A DNA stretch of 64,000 nucleotides from a virus, in IMG/VR virus record IMGVR_UViG_3300026521_000148, positions 16,351 through 80,350 of that record, one strand, 5' to 3'. The stretch's first letter is position 1. The number at the start of each line of letters is the position of its first letter. Below are positions 50,803-61,356 of this stretch, in pieces. A model generated the notes under the pieces. It searched no databases, was not told the DNA's origin, and saw only the letters and a program-made list of their open reading frames with translations. Made by a program: the position numbers and the translations under genes.

Positions 50803-52117
50803 ATTCTAAGAACACAAGATCTTGTCTAGAAACTGAGTCTCTAGCTTCAAATTTAGGCGCATTTTCATAAACATCACCAACATTCGTATATCGTAATGCT
50901 ACGATAGGAGTTTCTTTTTTAAGTTTAACAGAAGTAACGTCGAAGTAAACTTTACCCGTTTCACCTGTATTGCTTAATAGATAAAGTCTCTCTTTACCAT
51001 CAGGTTTAAACTCAATTTTATGCTCTACGTACTCAGATGTTATAGCGTATTCTGTGTCATTATGGAATGTACCGTTATATGTTCTAATCATACCTTTTGT
51101 AAAATCATCTGACTTTACTTTAAATGTTATCTCATACACAGCATCTTGATCGCCGATATAGTCGAAATAATCGAACAACATGTAGTGTGAACCGTTAGTT
51201 GTTTCAAATTCGTAAATGTCGTCTGTTATACTAACTGTTGCATTACCGTCAGCATCACCGACCTCTACTAGATTAATATCTTTAACATCAAACAACTCTC
51301 TATCGAAATCAGCTAATACGGCCATATCACCTTGTTTCATGGCTGGAGCATTAGTGCTGTCTTTGATAACAGGAGGTACAGGGTTGTTAGGTAAATCAAT
51401 ACCAGAAAATTGTATAGGAAAAGTAGTATTTTTTAGCAATATCTTGTATCCATTAATATTAAAATAATTACCTTCTTGGCTTGGGTCAATATTTAAATAT
51501 AAATAACTTCCCCGTGGTTTTATGTTAGGGTGGCAGTTACTAGAGTCCTTACTATATAAATATACGTCCGCATGTCTCCATGTATACATGCCTCCATAAT
51601 TTAAATAGTCTAACCTATTATAGCCGTCATTAAATAAACTAATGAATCCACTACCAGCAAATTTTTCTCTGTTCATAGCAGCTAGTGCTTCGAACTGAGC
51701 TTTACTCATAACGTTAGTACTATCAACATCCATAGTTTCTTTATGTGCCAACTCTTTATTAGTAGTAACAGTAACATTCGTGCTAGTTACTCTATCATCA
51801 ACAACCTTGATAGCATCATCAACTTGATTTTTTGTATAATAATCATCGAACTTAGCTATAATAGCATCATTAAGTTCATCTACTTCACCTTGTTTGTAAT
51901 ACTCTTTAAGTATATCGTCTAACTCACTATCTGTAACACCATTTTCTTGTAACTCAGCTGTTACTTTAGCTACATTCGGAACAGTAGTTGATAATACTTC
52001 ACCGTCCTCGTTCATATATTCAAAAGTGACATCTGCAGCGTCACCATAAAAAAATTCTTGAAATTTACTTGCTAAGTTTATTAAAGTAAACGCAGCAACA
52101 CTACTAGCTATAGGCAT
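50803..52117 (-). CDS. Tail fibre / receptor-binding protein, exon 1
   Basis: MPIASS after AAGGAG; YY.K..VD repeats, NREKFAGSGF, carbohydrate-binding-like module, ends SRQDLVFLE; spliced product ~1266 aa. Confidence 0.75.
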
Positions 52118-52275
52118 AGTAACTCCTTGTTTTTTATTTTGTATTATTGCTAATACATACATGTATGTACTAATATGTATCTTAGATACTTCCTCTAATC
52201 ATCTACTAGAGATAAAAAGAGGCATAGTATAAGGATCGCTCCTTATACCGCTCGTAATTAGACAAGCAAAGCTCC

Positions 52276-52572
52276 CTACAATCTTAACGCTAGACTATTT
52301 ATGGTGTCTTCTAAGACATGTTCAAAAGACATCTTAGTGTTCTCCATGAGTATAACTTCTTTATTAAGATGTTTGCTATCTGTATTAAGTATTAACTCAT
52401 TAACAGCGTTCACATCTAAACTATTCATCATCATTAAATTAACTACATCACCCAAACTACTATTCGTTAAAAACTCTGCGGATGTTTTTATGGTTATATT
52501 ATCTATGGCCCCAACAACGATCCTATTAAGTCCGAACTGCAGTAGGTCTTGCGTACTACCATAAAACACCAT
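52276..52572 (-). CDS. Hypothetical protein
   Basis: 98-aa ORF in the structural operon. Confidence 0.55.
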   Translation of the reverse strand: MVFYGSTQDLLQFGLNRIVVGAIDNITIKTSAEFLTNSSLGDVVNLMMMNSLDVNAVNELILNTDSKHLNKEVILMENTKMSFEHVLEDTINSLALRL

Positions 52573-52578
52573 AACTTT

Positions 52579-53304
52579 TTACTTTACTACAGATATTTCT
52601 ACAAGTTTAGCTAATGTATAATCTAACGCTTCTTTAAGATCTTCATTTTCAGCTACGATAGGTCTTATACCACCAAATGATAGATCTTCAGCGCTAGAAC
52701 CTTCACCTGTTGTTTTAACGATCAACTTACCAGCATTAGACGGCATGTTATTGTTACTTATATAAACAACTTCTATAGTATATAATCTGTTAGGTTTTAA
52801 AGTATTACTAGGTACCCTGATTTGTGTTAAGTTATGTTCATCTCTTTTAACTTCCCATATAACAGCACCGGTGTTATCTTTTATGGCCCATGAAGTCTTC
52901 TCATGGTAACCTGTACCTGTGAAAATAATAAATTCACCACCATTAATCTTAAAGTTACCTAACTGACAATTATCTCTATCACTGTCTATAGACACTTTGG
53001 GAGTTACTATAACAGTATTATTATGGCTGAATCCGTCACCATCTCTAGTGAGAACTATAGGCTTAGTCCAACCATAATAAGTATCATCATCGAAGTGGAG
53101 CTTAACTCTAGCGTAATAAACATCAGTAGCACTGAAGTCAAGGTCTAGATCTATATCTGTTAAGTTCTCTTCATCTTTTTCTATATTTATAACAATATCT
53201 TCATCTCTAAACAGACCATTATCAGCTACTTGATAACTAGTCGCTTCTAATGTTTTATCAGCGGGTAGCTTTATAGATCTTAATGATAAATTTATTACAT
53301 CCAT
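52579..53304 (-). CDS. Putative virion structural protein with Ig/FN3-like beta domains
   Basis: YQVA...F, YYARVK...GW, H.KTSW.I, L.PNRLYTIEV.Y. Confidence 0.55.
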   Translation of the reverse strand: MDVINLSLRSIKLPADKTLEATSYQVADNGLFRDEDIVINIEKDEENLTDIDLDLDFSATDVYYARVKLHFDDDTYYGWTKPIVLTRDGDGFSHNNTVIVTPKVSIDSDRDNCQLGNFKINGGEFIIFTGTGYHEKTSWAIKDNTGAVIWEVKRDEHNLTQIRVPSNTLKPNRLYTIEVVYISNNNMPSNAGKLIVKTTGEGSSAEDLSFGGIRPIVAENEDLKEALDYTLAKLVEISVVK

Positions 53305-53440
53305 TATATCTTCCTTCTTCTTTTTATAGGTATAAGCTTATATGTGATACCTTTCATAATTTCAATATATGACGCTATATGTATATACCTATTTTTAGGG
53401 GTAAGCGATTAACTGATTATAAAAAACAAAAGGGTAGATC

Positions 53441-55132
53441 ATGAGTACTAAAGAATGTAAACTTATAACTTATCTCTCTGAACGAGATGTTGGATCTGAT
53501 ATACATATAGTAAAAGAATTAAACATAGATGACGATGGAAACATAACTGATGAGATAAAGATAATAAAAAACTTTAAAAGACCTTTCTGGGTCACTAAAC
53601 CTATATACAGAAACTATAACGATAAAAAAGAAGTAGAAGATGTTAAAAAACTAGATAAGTTCATGTCCACACAATCTAACCTTTATAAAAATATAGGCAT
53701 GCGTCTAGGTGAAAGGTATATGGTAAGGAATGACCCAAGAACTATAAAACGCTCTCCGTACATTTATGGAAGCGATGTTGATAGTAGAACTATCCTTAAG
53801 CATTTATATAATAAAAAATACGGTGAGCCATCTACTCCATATAGAGTTGGTATATTCGATATCGAAACTAATATTTTAACAAACGAAATTATTATCATAT
53901 CCATTATAACGCAATACGAGTGTAGATTGGTTGTTTTAAAAAGTTATGCTGACAGAATACGTGACTTAGAAAATAGGTTAAGGAGAGGCATAGAGCAACA
54001 TATACCTATAGAGGCTTTTAAGCTTGATAAATCTGGTAAGAATGATACTAACGCAGAATATAAAAAAATAAGAGAAAGGGTATTAAATAATTTCCATATG
54101 GAGATATTTGAAACAGAGATTGAACTTATTAAATACATATTCCATCACGCTAACTACATGAACATAGATTTCTTAAGTGGTTGGAATATAAAATATGATT
54201 TAACAGAAATTTTAGAGCGTATAGAAAACGCTGGATTGGATCCTGTTGATATATTTCACTATGATAAGATACCTAGAGAATATGGTTTTTTTAAATATAC
54301 AGAAGGTAGGAGTAAGAAGATAACAGAAGCGGGTAAAGAGATACCGTTACCACCCGAAGAAGTATGGAGTTATGTTACATCATCTACTAACTATTATTTC
54401 ATAGATGCTATGAACGCGCATAGATACGTTAGGGTCGGCGGTGCTACTGTACCAGGTGGCTATAGCCTAGATAACATACTGCAGGTAGAAGGCGTTGTCG
54501 GTAAACTTAAATTCGATACTAACCAAGGTCATAAGGGAGCAGAATGGCACATCTTCATGGTTGATAAAAAACCATTAGAATATATCATATATAATATATG
54601 GGATTCATTAGCCATTATAGCTATGGATAGTAAAACTAAAGACTTAGCTGTGTCTGTACCATTGTTATCTATGATAAGTCACTTTGATATATTTAATAGT
54701 GGTCCCAGGAAACTAGTTGATGGTATATTCTTTTTCTTTTACGAAGAGGGTAAAATACTAGGTGTTAAAGACCCTACTGAGGATAATAACAAGATTTTAG
54801 GACTAGATGGATGGGTGATCACTTTAAACGCACACATGGTAGAGGATACTGGATTACCAGCATTCGAGGAAACAGACTCCATACTATCTAATGGTAAAAC
54901 TCATGTTAGTGATTTAGACGTTACTGGAGCATACCCTAACGCAACAAGAGCGGCTAATGTATCTAAAGATACTACGCATAGAGAGTTAGTTAAAATAAGC
55001 GGGATGTCTAAAGAAGAGTTCATAGTCCATAATATTAACCTTATGTTCTCGGATACCAATTCTTTAGAATATGCACAGGAGATGTTCAAACTACCATCTT
55101 TATATAAAGTTATAGAAAACATAAAAAAATAA
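53441..55132 (+). CDS. Split family-B DNA polymerase, exonuclease/N-terminal subunit (phiKZ gp82-like)
   Basis: ExoI DIET, ExoII GWNIKYD, ExoIII YNIWD, motif A DLDVTGAYP near the C-terminus; no YGDTDS. Confidence 0.85.
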   Translation: MSTKECKLITYLSERDVGSDIHIVKELNIDDDGNITDEIKIIKNFKRPFWVTKPIYRNYNDKKEVEDVKKLDKFMSTQSNLYKNIGMRLGERYMVRNDPRTIKRSPYIYGSDVDSRTILKHLYNKKYGEPSTPYRVGIFDIETNILTNEIIIISIITQYECRLVVLKSYADRIRDLENRLRRGIEQHIPIEAFKLDKSGKNDTNAEYKKIRERVLNNFHMEIFETEIELIKYIFHHANYMNIDFLSGWNIKYDLTEILERIENAGLDPVDIFHYDKIPREYGFFKYTEGRSKKITEAGKEIPLPPEEVWSYVTSSTNYYFIDAMNAHRYVRVGGATVPGGYSLDNILQVEGVVGKLKFDTNQGHKGAEWHIFMVDKKPLEYIIYNIWDSLAIIAMDSKTKDLAVSVPLLSMISHFDIFNSGPRKLVDGIFFFFYEEGKILGVKDPTEDNNKILGLDGWVITLNAHMVEDTGLPAFEETDSILSNGKTHVSDLDVTGAYPNATRAANVSKDTTHRELVKISGMSKEEFIVHNINLMFSDTNSLEYAQEMFKLPSLYKVIENIKK

Positions 55133-55135
55133 AAG

Positions 55136-55161
55136 AGTATAGTAGGTTTTCCTACTATACT
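55136..55161. terminator. Hairpin between convergent genes
   Basis: AGTATAGTAGG-TTTT-CCTACTATACT. Confidence 0.7.
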
Positions 55162-55790
55162 TACTTTTTCTTCATTTCGAAGCTAACTACATTTTTATTC
55201 CTTTCACATACTTTTGTTATAGACTCAACATTTGAATCTATAGTTATTACGTTTGTATTATACATATTACCATGCACTATATTTATTAGTGTTTTATAAT
55301 ACATCTCTTTAGCTTCATATGCGTTTCTAGCTATAACAACACATGTAGCTACTTTACTATCCACTTTAAAGAGATAGTATTCATCATCTAAACCAAAGCT
55401 AGCTAATGTTTTAAGTCCTTTTCTATAATTAAACTCCATAGGAGCATCTACGCCTATAACGGCAGATAAAGCCTTAACAGAGTCACGTAATGCTTCTTCA
55501 TAAGACTTATCTTTATTTATATAGATCGTATTCCTAAACTTTATACCTCTATTACTATCAGTGTATTGTGTGTCTACTCTAGCATGGCCATTAACCTCTT
55601 TAAGTATGATATGTTTATAGCCTGTATTAGAGTTAGTTTTATGTTGGTAATATAATCTATCTCTATACCTTTTAGCTAACTTTAATGCCTCATCAACACT
55701 TACTCTTTTTAAACTATAAACCTTTTCATATTTTTCACCTCTGAATACGTAAACAGATCTTTTGGTTACTTCTATATATTTCATAAACAT
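55161..55790 (-). CDS. Putative DNA-binding protein with AP2-like segments
   Basis: EALKLAKRYRD...NSNTGYKHI...SYEEAL. Confidence 0.4.
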   Translation of the reverse strand: MFMKYIEVTKRSVYVFRGEKYEKVYSLKRVSVDEALKLAKRYRDRLYYQHKTNSNTGYKHIILKEVNGHARVDTQYTDSNRGIKFRNTIYINKDKSYEEALRDSVKALSAVIGVDAPMEFNYRKGLKTLASFGLDDEYYLFKVDSKVATCVVIARNAYEAKEMYYKTLINIVHGNMYNTNVITIDSNVESITKVCERNKNVVSFEMKKK

Positions 55791-55791
55791 A

Positions 55792-55965
55792 TTAAAACCT
55801 TAAATCTTTTTCAGTTGTAAAGAACGATACATCACCACGTGATTTATCATTATTCTCTATAGCTCTCTTGATCTCTTTTATTAGTTCCTCTGTTCTATCA
55901 ACCTTTTTAGGTAATAAGTTTTTCATAGACATAACGATATTATTTACAACATTTAATAACCGCAT
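55792..55965 (-). CDS. Small hypothetical protein (57 aa)
   Basis: Read by hand: MRLLNVVNNIVMSMKNLLPKK...; AAGGA RBS after an early promoter. Confidence 0.55.
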   Translation of the reverse strand: MRLLNVVNNIVMSMKNLLPKKVDRTEELIKEIKRAIENNDKSRGDVSFFTTEKDLRF

Positions 55966-55989
55966 ACTTCTTTCCTTTTATATAATAAT

Positions 55990-56021
55990 ATTAGTACATT
56001 GTACTACATTAATAATATATA
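55990..56021 (-). promoter_or_regulatory. Putative early promoter with 5' hairpin
   Basis: Minus strand TATATTATTAATGTAGTACAATGTACTAAT; leader nearly identical to 16204-16265. Confidence 0.7.
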
Positions 56022-56048
56022 AGTGAAATATAATGGACGTAGAAGAAC

Positions 56049-56077
56049 CCTATACTGTAGCGATGCTACAGTATAGG
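56049..56077. terminator. Hairpin terminator
   Basis: CCTATACTGTAGC-GAT-GCTACAGTATAGG. Confidence 0.65.
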
Positions 56078-56217
56078 TAACCCAATCTACTTTAAAAACA
56101 GGAAAAAATGAAAACACCAGGATAAGGTGTAAAAAGGCAATGTTATGTAGTGCCATGATTATTGACCCTATGTTATTTATCTTTCATAACTAAAGACACA
56201 TAGGTATCAATATATAA

Positions 56218-57039
56218 CTAACCTAACACGCTCTTAAGATCATTGTATTGTTTGTCCATCGCTATGTTAAACATATTAAGAGACAGCTTCTTAGCTAAGA
56301 AGACATAATCAGATGTATTCTGACTTTGTTTAAAGTCTAATCTACGTCCATCATAGTTTCTATCATGCACTATGACAAACTGTGATAGTTCGTTATTATC
56401 AGGACCAACTAAACTACCCATAGCAGCACTTTTAGTTAGCTTAATACCATTTGGTAAATCATTATAGTTTTTTCTATCAGTACTATAATAATAAGCAGCT
56501 GCTTTGATGTTAGCATCTGTGCTTAAATATTGTTTAACATCTTTAAGTTCTTTACAGTAACCTTTCCACGCAGTAATCAGCATAAGATCGTCACCGAATA
56601 CTTCTTTAAGAATTTTAAAGATAGGCTTAACATAGCCACACACAACTCTAGCTTTAAAACCTTTCTCCTTAAGAGTAGTAGCTAGCTCTTTGATCTTGGC
56701 TTCCTCTTGTTCATCAAGTTTATAAAACATATTAGCAATAACAAATGTAACCCATTTTTCATTTGTTTTAAGGGCTTGCATATCTAACTCTAGTGGTTGT
56801 ACTCTATCACCGTTCCAAATGTTGATAGTTTGCTTACCTTCTACATTCTTATACTTAGGTTTATTATCATAGTTACCTTTTTTGTAACCACCATAGTTAT
56901 TGTTTTTATAACCGTTACTATTGTTATTATAGTTTTGGTTGTTTTGTTGTGTATAACTTTGTTGTTGGTTATTGTTGCTCTCTGGAACACTTGCTACTTC
57001 ATCAGTAACATCACTAAACATATTGTCGAATTCATCCAT
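56218..57039 (-). CDS. Hypothetical protein with N/Q/Y/G-rich N-terminus and possible SLOG/DprA-like domain
   Basis: Low-complexity NNNQQQSYTQQNNQNYNNNSNGY; alpha/beta body with WKGY. Confidence 0.55.
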   Translation of the reverse strand: MDEFDNMFSDVTDEVASVPESNNNQQQSYTQQNNQNYNNNSNGYKNNNYGGYKKGNYDNKPKYKNVEGKQTINIWNGDRVQPLELDMQALKTNEKWVTFVIANMFYKLDEQEEAKIKELATTLKEKGFKARVVCGYVKPIFKILKEVFGDDLMLITAWKGYCKELKDVKQYLSTDANIKAAAYYYSTDRKNYNDLPNGIKLTKSAAMGSLVGPDNNELSQFVIVHDRNYDGRRLDFKQSQNTSDYVFLAKKLSLNMFNIAMDKQYNDLKSVLG

Positions 57040-57186
57040 TATAATCTCCATTTCATTTAACGCATAAAAAGCGTTATATATAGTATCGTCAATTTATACC
57101 ACTAATCACTATGTAATGCGGTATTAATATCTAAATAAATAGTTAACATGTAAAATAATACTATAGAGGAGTTTATCCCCTATAGA

Positions 57187-58443
57187 CTATTTAAAATCAC
57201 TTATACTAACATTTGTTAATTGTAATGCTGATGCATGGAACTTACTTAAAGACATAGCTAACATAGAACCACCTGTCTCGATAGACATAAGGCTGACCCC
57301 TTTAGTGTGTCCTTTCATATTCTCACCCATACACTCTAAACAGAAATCCTTCTTTAACTTACAGTACATAGGACTTCTAACTATAGTAGTAATGCCAACA
57401 TCTTTATCGGTTATAGTTACCCATTTGTTACCTACCATTTTTTGTCTACCTATATCACTATCAGATATCTTTTTCATAGCACCTGTTTTAGTACTACAAT
57501 CTTTATCAACTATATCTATATCAGAAGATGCCCTTAATAGCACTTTAGATGCGACACCACCGTTCTGTGTCTCAGCACCACGATAAAATGATCCAGATCT
57601 AGCATCATTGAACAATGTAGTTAGTTGCTCTGGATCCGTACCCCATCCTTCACCTAACGAATTAACAACGCCGTCTTCTTTACCGCCAAATGTATTAGAT
57701 GTACCAAAGTTAAGAAATAGTTTCTTTCTAGCTAATTTAGTTTTACCATACATAAGTCTACCGTTAGAAACATCACCTTTTAACCATTCCTCATCATACT
57801 TACTTAATTTCTCTTCTAATTCAGCTGTTACTTTAGCTGTATTCATTTTGTCTTTACCGTATTTCTTTTCTAACTCAGCAACTACTTTTTTTTTATACTC
57901 TTCGATACCATCTGGTGGTAATACTGATTTTTTAGTACCTGCTACTGATAAGAATTTAGACCAACCACTAATATAAAGAACAGCATCCATAAACTGTATA
58001 TATTCTTTAACAGTTATTTTTTCTAAATCATTTTCATCATCTGTTAGTAATGTAGCTATATAATTATCCTCTATATATCCAACTGTAAAAGATTCATTTA
58101 TATATGGTATTTTATTACCAAAATTTCTAGCTAATAAAACATAGTTCATAACTACCCTACCTATAGTAGTTTCTATATCTTTACTATTATTAACTAAATA
58201 GCCTGCTGGTAGGTTAACTTTATCTTTAAAGTTTAATAAATCATCTTTATAATCGGTATCCAAAAGATACGGTTCACCATCTTCTATCTTTAAATAAAAC
58301 TTCTTATCTTTAATAATAAAGAATTCATCTTCATAATCATCTTCCGCTATAAATGAAAATAATCCTAAAATATATTTTTGTTTATTAAAATATTTATGCT
58401 TAACACCATATTCTATTATCCTTAATAATTTATCATTACTCAT
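57187..58443 (-). CDS. Virion RNA polymerase beta' C-terminal subunit (phiKZ gp80-like)
   Basis: TTIGR..N, SLGEGW, RSGSFYRGAETQNGG...LLR (bridge helix), DC.T, VRSPMYC...CLECMG, SKFHA. Confidence 0.88.
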   Translation of the reverse strand: MSNDKLLRIIEYGVKHKYFNKQKYILGLFSFIAEDDYEDEFFIIKDKKFYLKIEDGEPYLLDTDYKDDLLNFKDKVNLPAGYLVNNSKDIETTIGRVVMNYVLLARNFGNKIPYINESFTVGYIEDNYIATLLTDDENDLEKITVKEYIQFMDAVLYISGWSKFLSVAGTKKSVLPPDGIEEYKKKVVAELEKKYGKDKMNTAKVTAELEEKLSKYDEEWLKGDVSNGRLMYGKTKLARKKLFLNFGTSNTFGGKEDGVVNSLGEGWGTDPEQLTTLFNDARSGSFYRGAETQNGGVASKVLLRASSDIDIVDKDCSTKTGAMKKISDSDIGRQKMVGNKWVTITDKDVGITTIVRSPMYCKLKKDFCLECMGENMKGHTKGVSLMSIETGGSMLAMSLSKFHASALQLTNVSISDFK

Positions 58444-59359
58444 GTTTAACTCCGTCTATAAATTTATAAAGCCCTGACTCGGTACAATGATGGTCAAAGT
58501 TTATTAGCATCTTATTATATTCAGGTAGTTTGATATCTGTGTCTTGTAAAATATCTAATGCTAATAGAATATATTCATCTTCACCGTTATATCTATAAGA
58601 AAACATAACATCTTTTAATACAAGCTCTATATATTTATTTAACTTATCTTCTACATATTTTTGTTTTTCTATATTAAATCTTTTAATAATATCACTTACA
58701 TATGTGTCATTAATACCATATACGAAATCAGGACTTAATAATGATTTAACTATAGTGTCTGGTAATGTTATATCTTTTTCTTTAAAATAATCTAATATAG
58801 ATATCTGTATAGACATATTATCGAAGTCTAATTTAACTGGTTCAACATCCCCTTTCCCTAGTATGGAGATAAATACATTATCTATGGTATCTAGTAACGT
58901 TGGTTTTATATCTTTTATAACATTAGCGACAGTTAATATATCTATAGTAGGATTTAAAGATAATAACTGTATTATAAAATCTTTATCTAACACATCATCT
59001 TTCATAGACATAAGATATAAAACATCTGATATATCTGTTTCATTAAGTGTTGTTAATAATTCTAACATACCAGCTACAGAACCTATATTTATAGTATGCT
59101 CTAGTTCATTATCAAAAATTATACCTATCTCTTCTAATAAATCTAGACCGTGTCTTTTAGTAACGGTTAATAGTGATAAACTTCTTTCTGAATCATCCAT
59201 AATATCAGTTGGTGTATGTACGTATTTATCTAGCTCATCATGTATAGATAAATCATCATTACTTTCTAATATATGTAATACAGTCAACACCTGGTTAGCT
59301 AATATCTCATTTAGGTATGCCTTTATAACACTCTCTAATTCTGTTTCCATATGTTCCAT
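58436..59359 (-). CDS. Hypothetical protein
   Basis: 307 aa, AAGGA RBS, overlaps the RNAP subunit start. Confidence 0.75.
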   Translation of the reverse strand: MEHMETELESVIKAYLNEILANQVLTVLHILESNDDLSIHDELDKYVHTPTDIMDDSERSLSLLTVTKRHGLDLLEEIGIIFDNELEHTINIGSVAGMLELLTTLNETDISDVLYLMSMKDDVLDKDFIIQLLSLNPTIDILTVANVIKDIKPTLLDTIDNVFISILGKGDVEPVKLDFDNMSIQISILDYFKEKDITLPDTIVKSLLSPDFVYGINDTYVSDIIKRFNIEKQKYVEDKLNKYIELVLKDVMFSYRYNGEDEYILLALDILQDTDIKLPEYNKMLINFDHHCTESGLYKFIDGVKHE

Positions 59360-59444
59360 TATATAAATCCTTTAATATTGTATTCAGGGAATATAGTGTT
59401 TTTTATAAAGGGTAATATCATTGAACAAAATACAAGGAGTTATT

Positions 59445-59930
59445 ATGGGTAAGAAAAAACCTTATAAAGTTAAAAATAAAGACAATGTTGTTGTTAAGTG
59501 GGATGACCTTGTTCCAGTATACCAAGCTACTAGTGATAGTCTATCAACTGCGATTGCGGCACTACACGATACAGGTAAAGAGTTTAAAGCTATTATAGAT
59601 GGTGATAAAGAGATCTCTACTACATTCTTAGGTATCAGTAATGTATTCGCTGATTTAACGAATGAACTAACTGGTATAGCTAAAATGCACTGTAACGTTG
59701 TTGAGAATGAAGATGGTAAAAAACAGTTCCTACCATATACTGGAGTAGTTGCTGATAAAGATGAACATAAAGAAGTATATTTATATACTACTATGGCATA
59801 TGGTGGACTTAATGATAAGATCGAGCAAGCTGTTGAAAATGCTATGACTACACTACTAGGTGCTATTAGAGAGAAAGTAGCTATCTTAGAAAAGAAAGGT
59901 GAATTAAATGGAAACACAGAACAAGAATAA
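59445..59930 (+). CDS. Hypothetical protein
   Basis: Start MGKKK after AAGGAG. Confidence 0.7.
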   Translation: MGKKKPYKVKNKDNVVVKWDDLVPVYQATSDSLSTAIAALHDTGKEFKAIIDGDKEISTTFLGISNVFADLTNELTGIAKMHCNVVENEDGKKQFLPYTGVVADKDEHKEVYLYTTMAYGGLNDKIEQAVENAMTTLLGAIREKVAILEKKGELNGNTEQE

Positions 59931-61356
59931 TGTGACTGAGAGTGAACAACTCTCGGTTAGTGAAGAGCAGAATGACTTCCTTTTTGATTATGAGGAAGTT
60001 AGTATTAGTGATGTTAAATCTAAAAATGATTTAAGAATTATTCCATCTTCCACTAGGGAAGAATTGACTAATTTTTCAAAAGAACTAGATAGGGACAAAT
60101 TCACAGAGCTAAGTACTGAAGAAAAAGCTACAGTTGGTTTAGGTCTAGAGACTGAGGACTTTATTAATCCAGATGATATTGGTGTAAGATCTCTAAAATC
60201 TGGCTTAACTAATGAACCAGAATATGACGATATATCACTTAAGCCAAAGGCATTAACTATATCCAAGAGAGTTAAAACAAGTAAAGCAGCATTACTTAAA
60301 CTTAAACAAAAATCAGGTATTGGTCCTAACATCCATATACCATTATGGCACAGTGGTTTTTGGCTAACATATTCACCGCTTGATGATGAAGAGATCATTA
60401 ACTTAGAATTGGAGCTCATTTCTGAACTGGCTAGAGTTGGTAAAGAAACATCTACATTGGTTTTTAGTAACTATAATGTTCTGTTTGCTGAAGTGCTATT
60501 AAAACATTTTAAATATAAGATCATAGATAGCACATTAAAGATAAGTGATGAAGATGAGTTATATGATTATATAAACATCAATGACCTACCAACGATAGCG
60601 CTGTTCATGGCTAAATCTATGTACCCACATGGATTTAATGCAGTTGTTCCGTGTAAAAATGTTAACAAACTAAATGAAAATAAGCTACCTATATGTAGTA
60701 ATAAAGTATCTATGAAAGTAGATCTTAATGAGTTACTATGGGTGGACTTCGATAAGTTATCTGTAGACCATAAACAACAGATGGCTAAAAAAGCTCCTAA
60801 GTCAGTCACAACTGATGATGTTGTTAAATATCAAGAAACATTACCAACAAGTGGTGAAGTTACTAAACAATATAAAGATGAAGATGGTGATGCTTTAACT
60901 ATAGTTCTAGGTCCTGTTAATGTTAGTAAATATATAGAGTCTGGACAAGATTTTATCATAGAGTTAAGAGATAAAGCGGCTGAACTTATTAAAAACAATA
61001 AGCAGATAGGCGATAGTGATAAAGCTGAGAGAATATTACTGAAAGGTATATATTTAAATGTGTATAGTCATTTCATTAAGTCTATACCTGTTGATGATGC
61101 AGTTATCACAGATGTTAATGATATCAGAGACGCTCTTAATACCTTAACTTCTAACCACATCATGGCTAAACAGATTATGGACGACATTAAAGAGTATATA
61201 GATGATTCATTATTATCTATAGTGGGTATACCTAATTTCGAATGTAAAAGTTGTCATCATGAACAAACAGATAAAGAAATCATCCCGTTATCAGTGTACG
61301 AATATTTTTTTATCCTACTGCATTCAAAATACGAGAAAATAATGGCGAGACTTTAA
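59908..61356 (+). CDS. Conserved jumbo-phage protein, putative tail assembly chaperone (G-like)
   Basis: IPLWHSGFW motif, C..C near the C-terminus, YFF encoded by a slippery T7 run. Confidence 0.55.
   Translation: METQNKNNVTESEQLSVSEEQNDFLFDYEEVSISDVKSKNDLRIIPSSTREELTNFSKELDRDKFTELSTEEKATVGLGLETEDFINPDDIGVRSLKSGLTNEPEYDDISLKPKALTISKRVKTSKAALLKLKQKSGIGPNIHIPLWHSGFWLTYSPLDDEEIINLELELISELARVGKETSTLVFSNYNVLFAEVLLKHFKYKIIDSTLKISDEDELYDYININDLPTIALFMAKSMYPHGFNAVVPCKNVNKLNENKLPICSNKVSMKVDLNELLWVDFDKLSVDHKQQMAKKAPKSVTTDDVVKYQETLPTSGEVTKQYKDEDGDALTIVLGPVNVSKYIESGQDFIIELRDKAAELIKNNKQIGDSDKAERILLKGIYLNVYSHFIKSIPVDDAVITDVNDIRDALNTLTSNHIMAKQIMDDIKEYIDDSLLSIVGIPNFECKSCHHEQTDKEIIPLSVYEYFFILLHSKYEKIMARL
61305..61311 (+). 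other. Putative -1 programmed ribosomal frameshift site (T TTT TTT)
   Basis: Heptamer in the correct phase; the -1 frame is open from 61275 through 61874. Confidence 0.65.

Noticed and set aside
56078-56217. 140-nt intergenic stretch as an ncRNA; TGAAAACACCAG also occurs inverted near 11393-11404
   Set aside because: No recognisable fold or tRNA cloverleaf; a single 12-nt match is weak evidence
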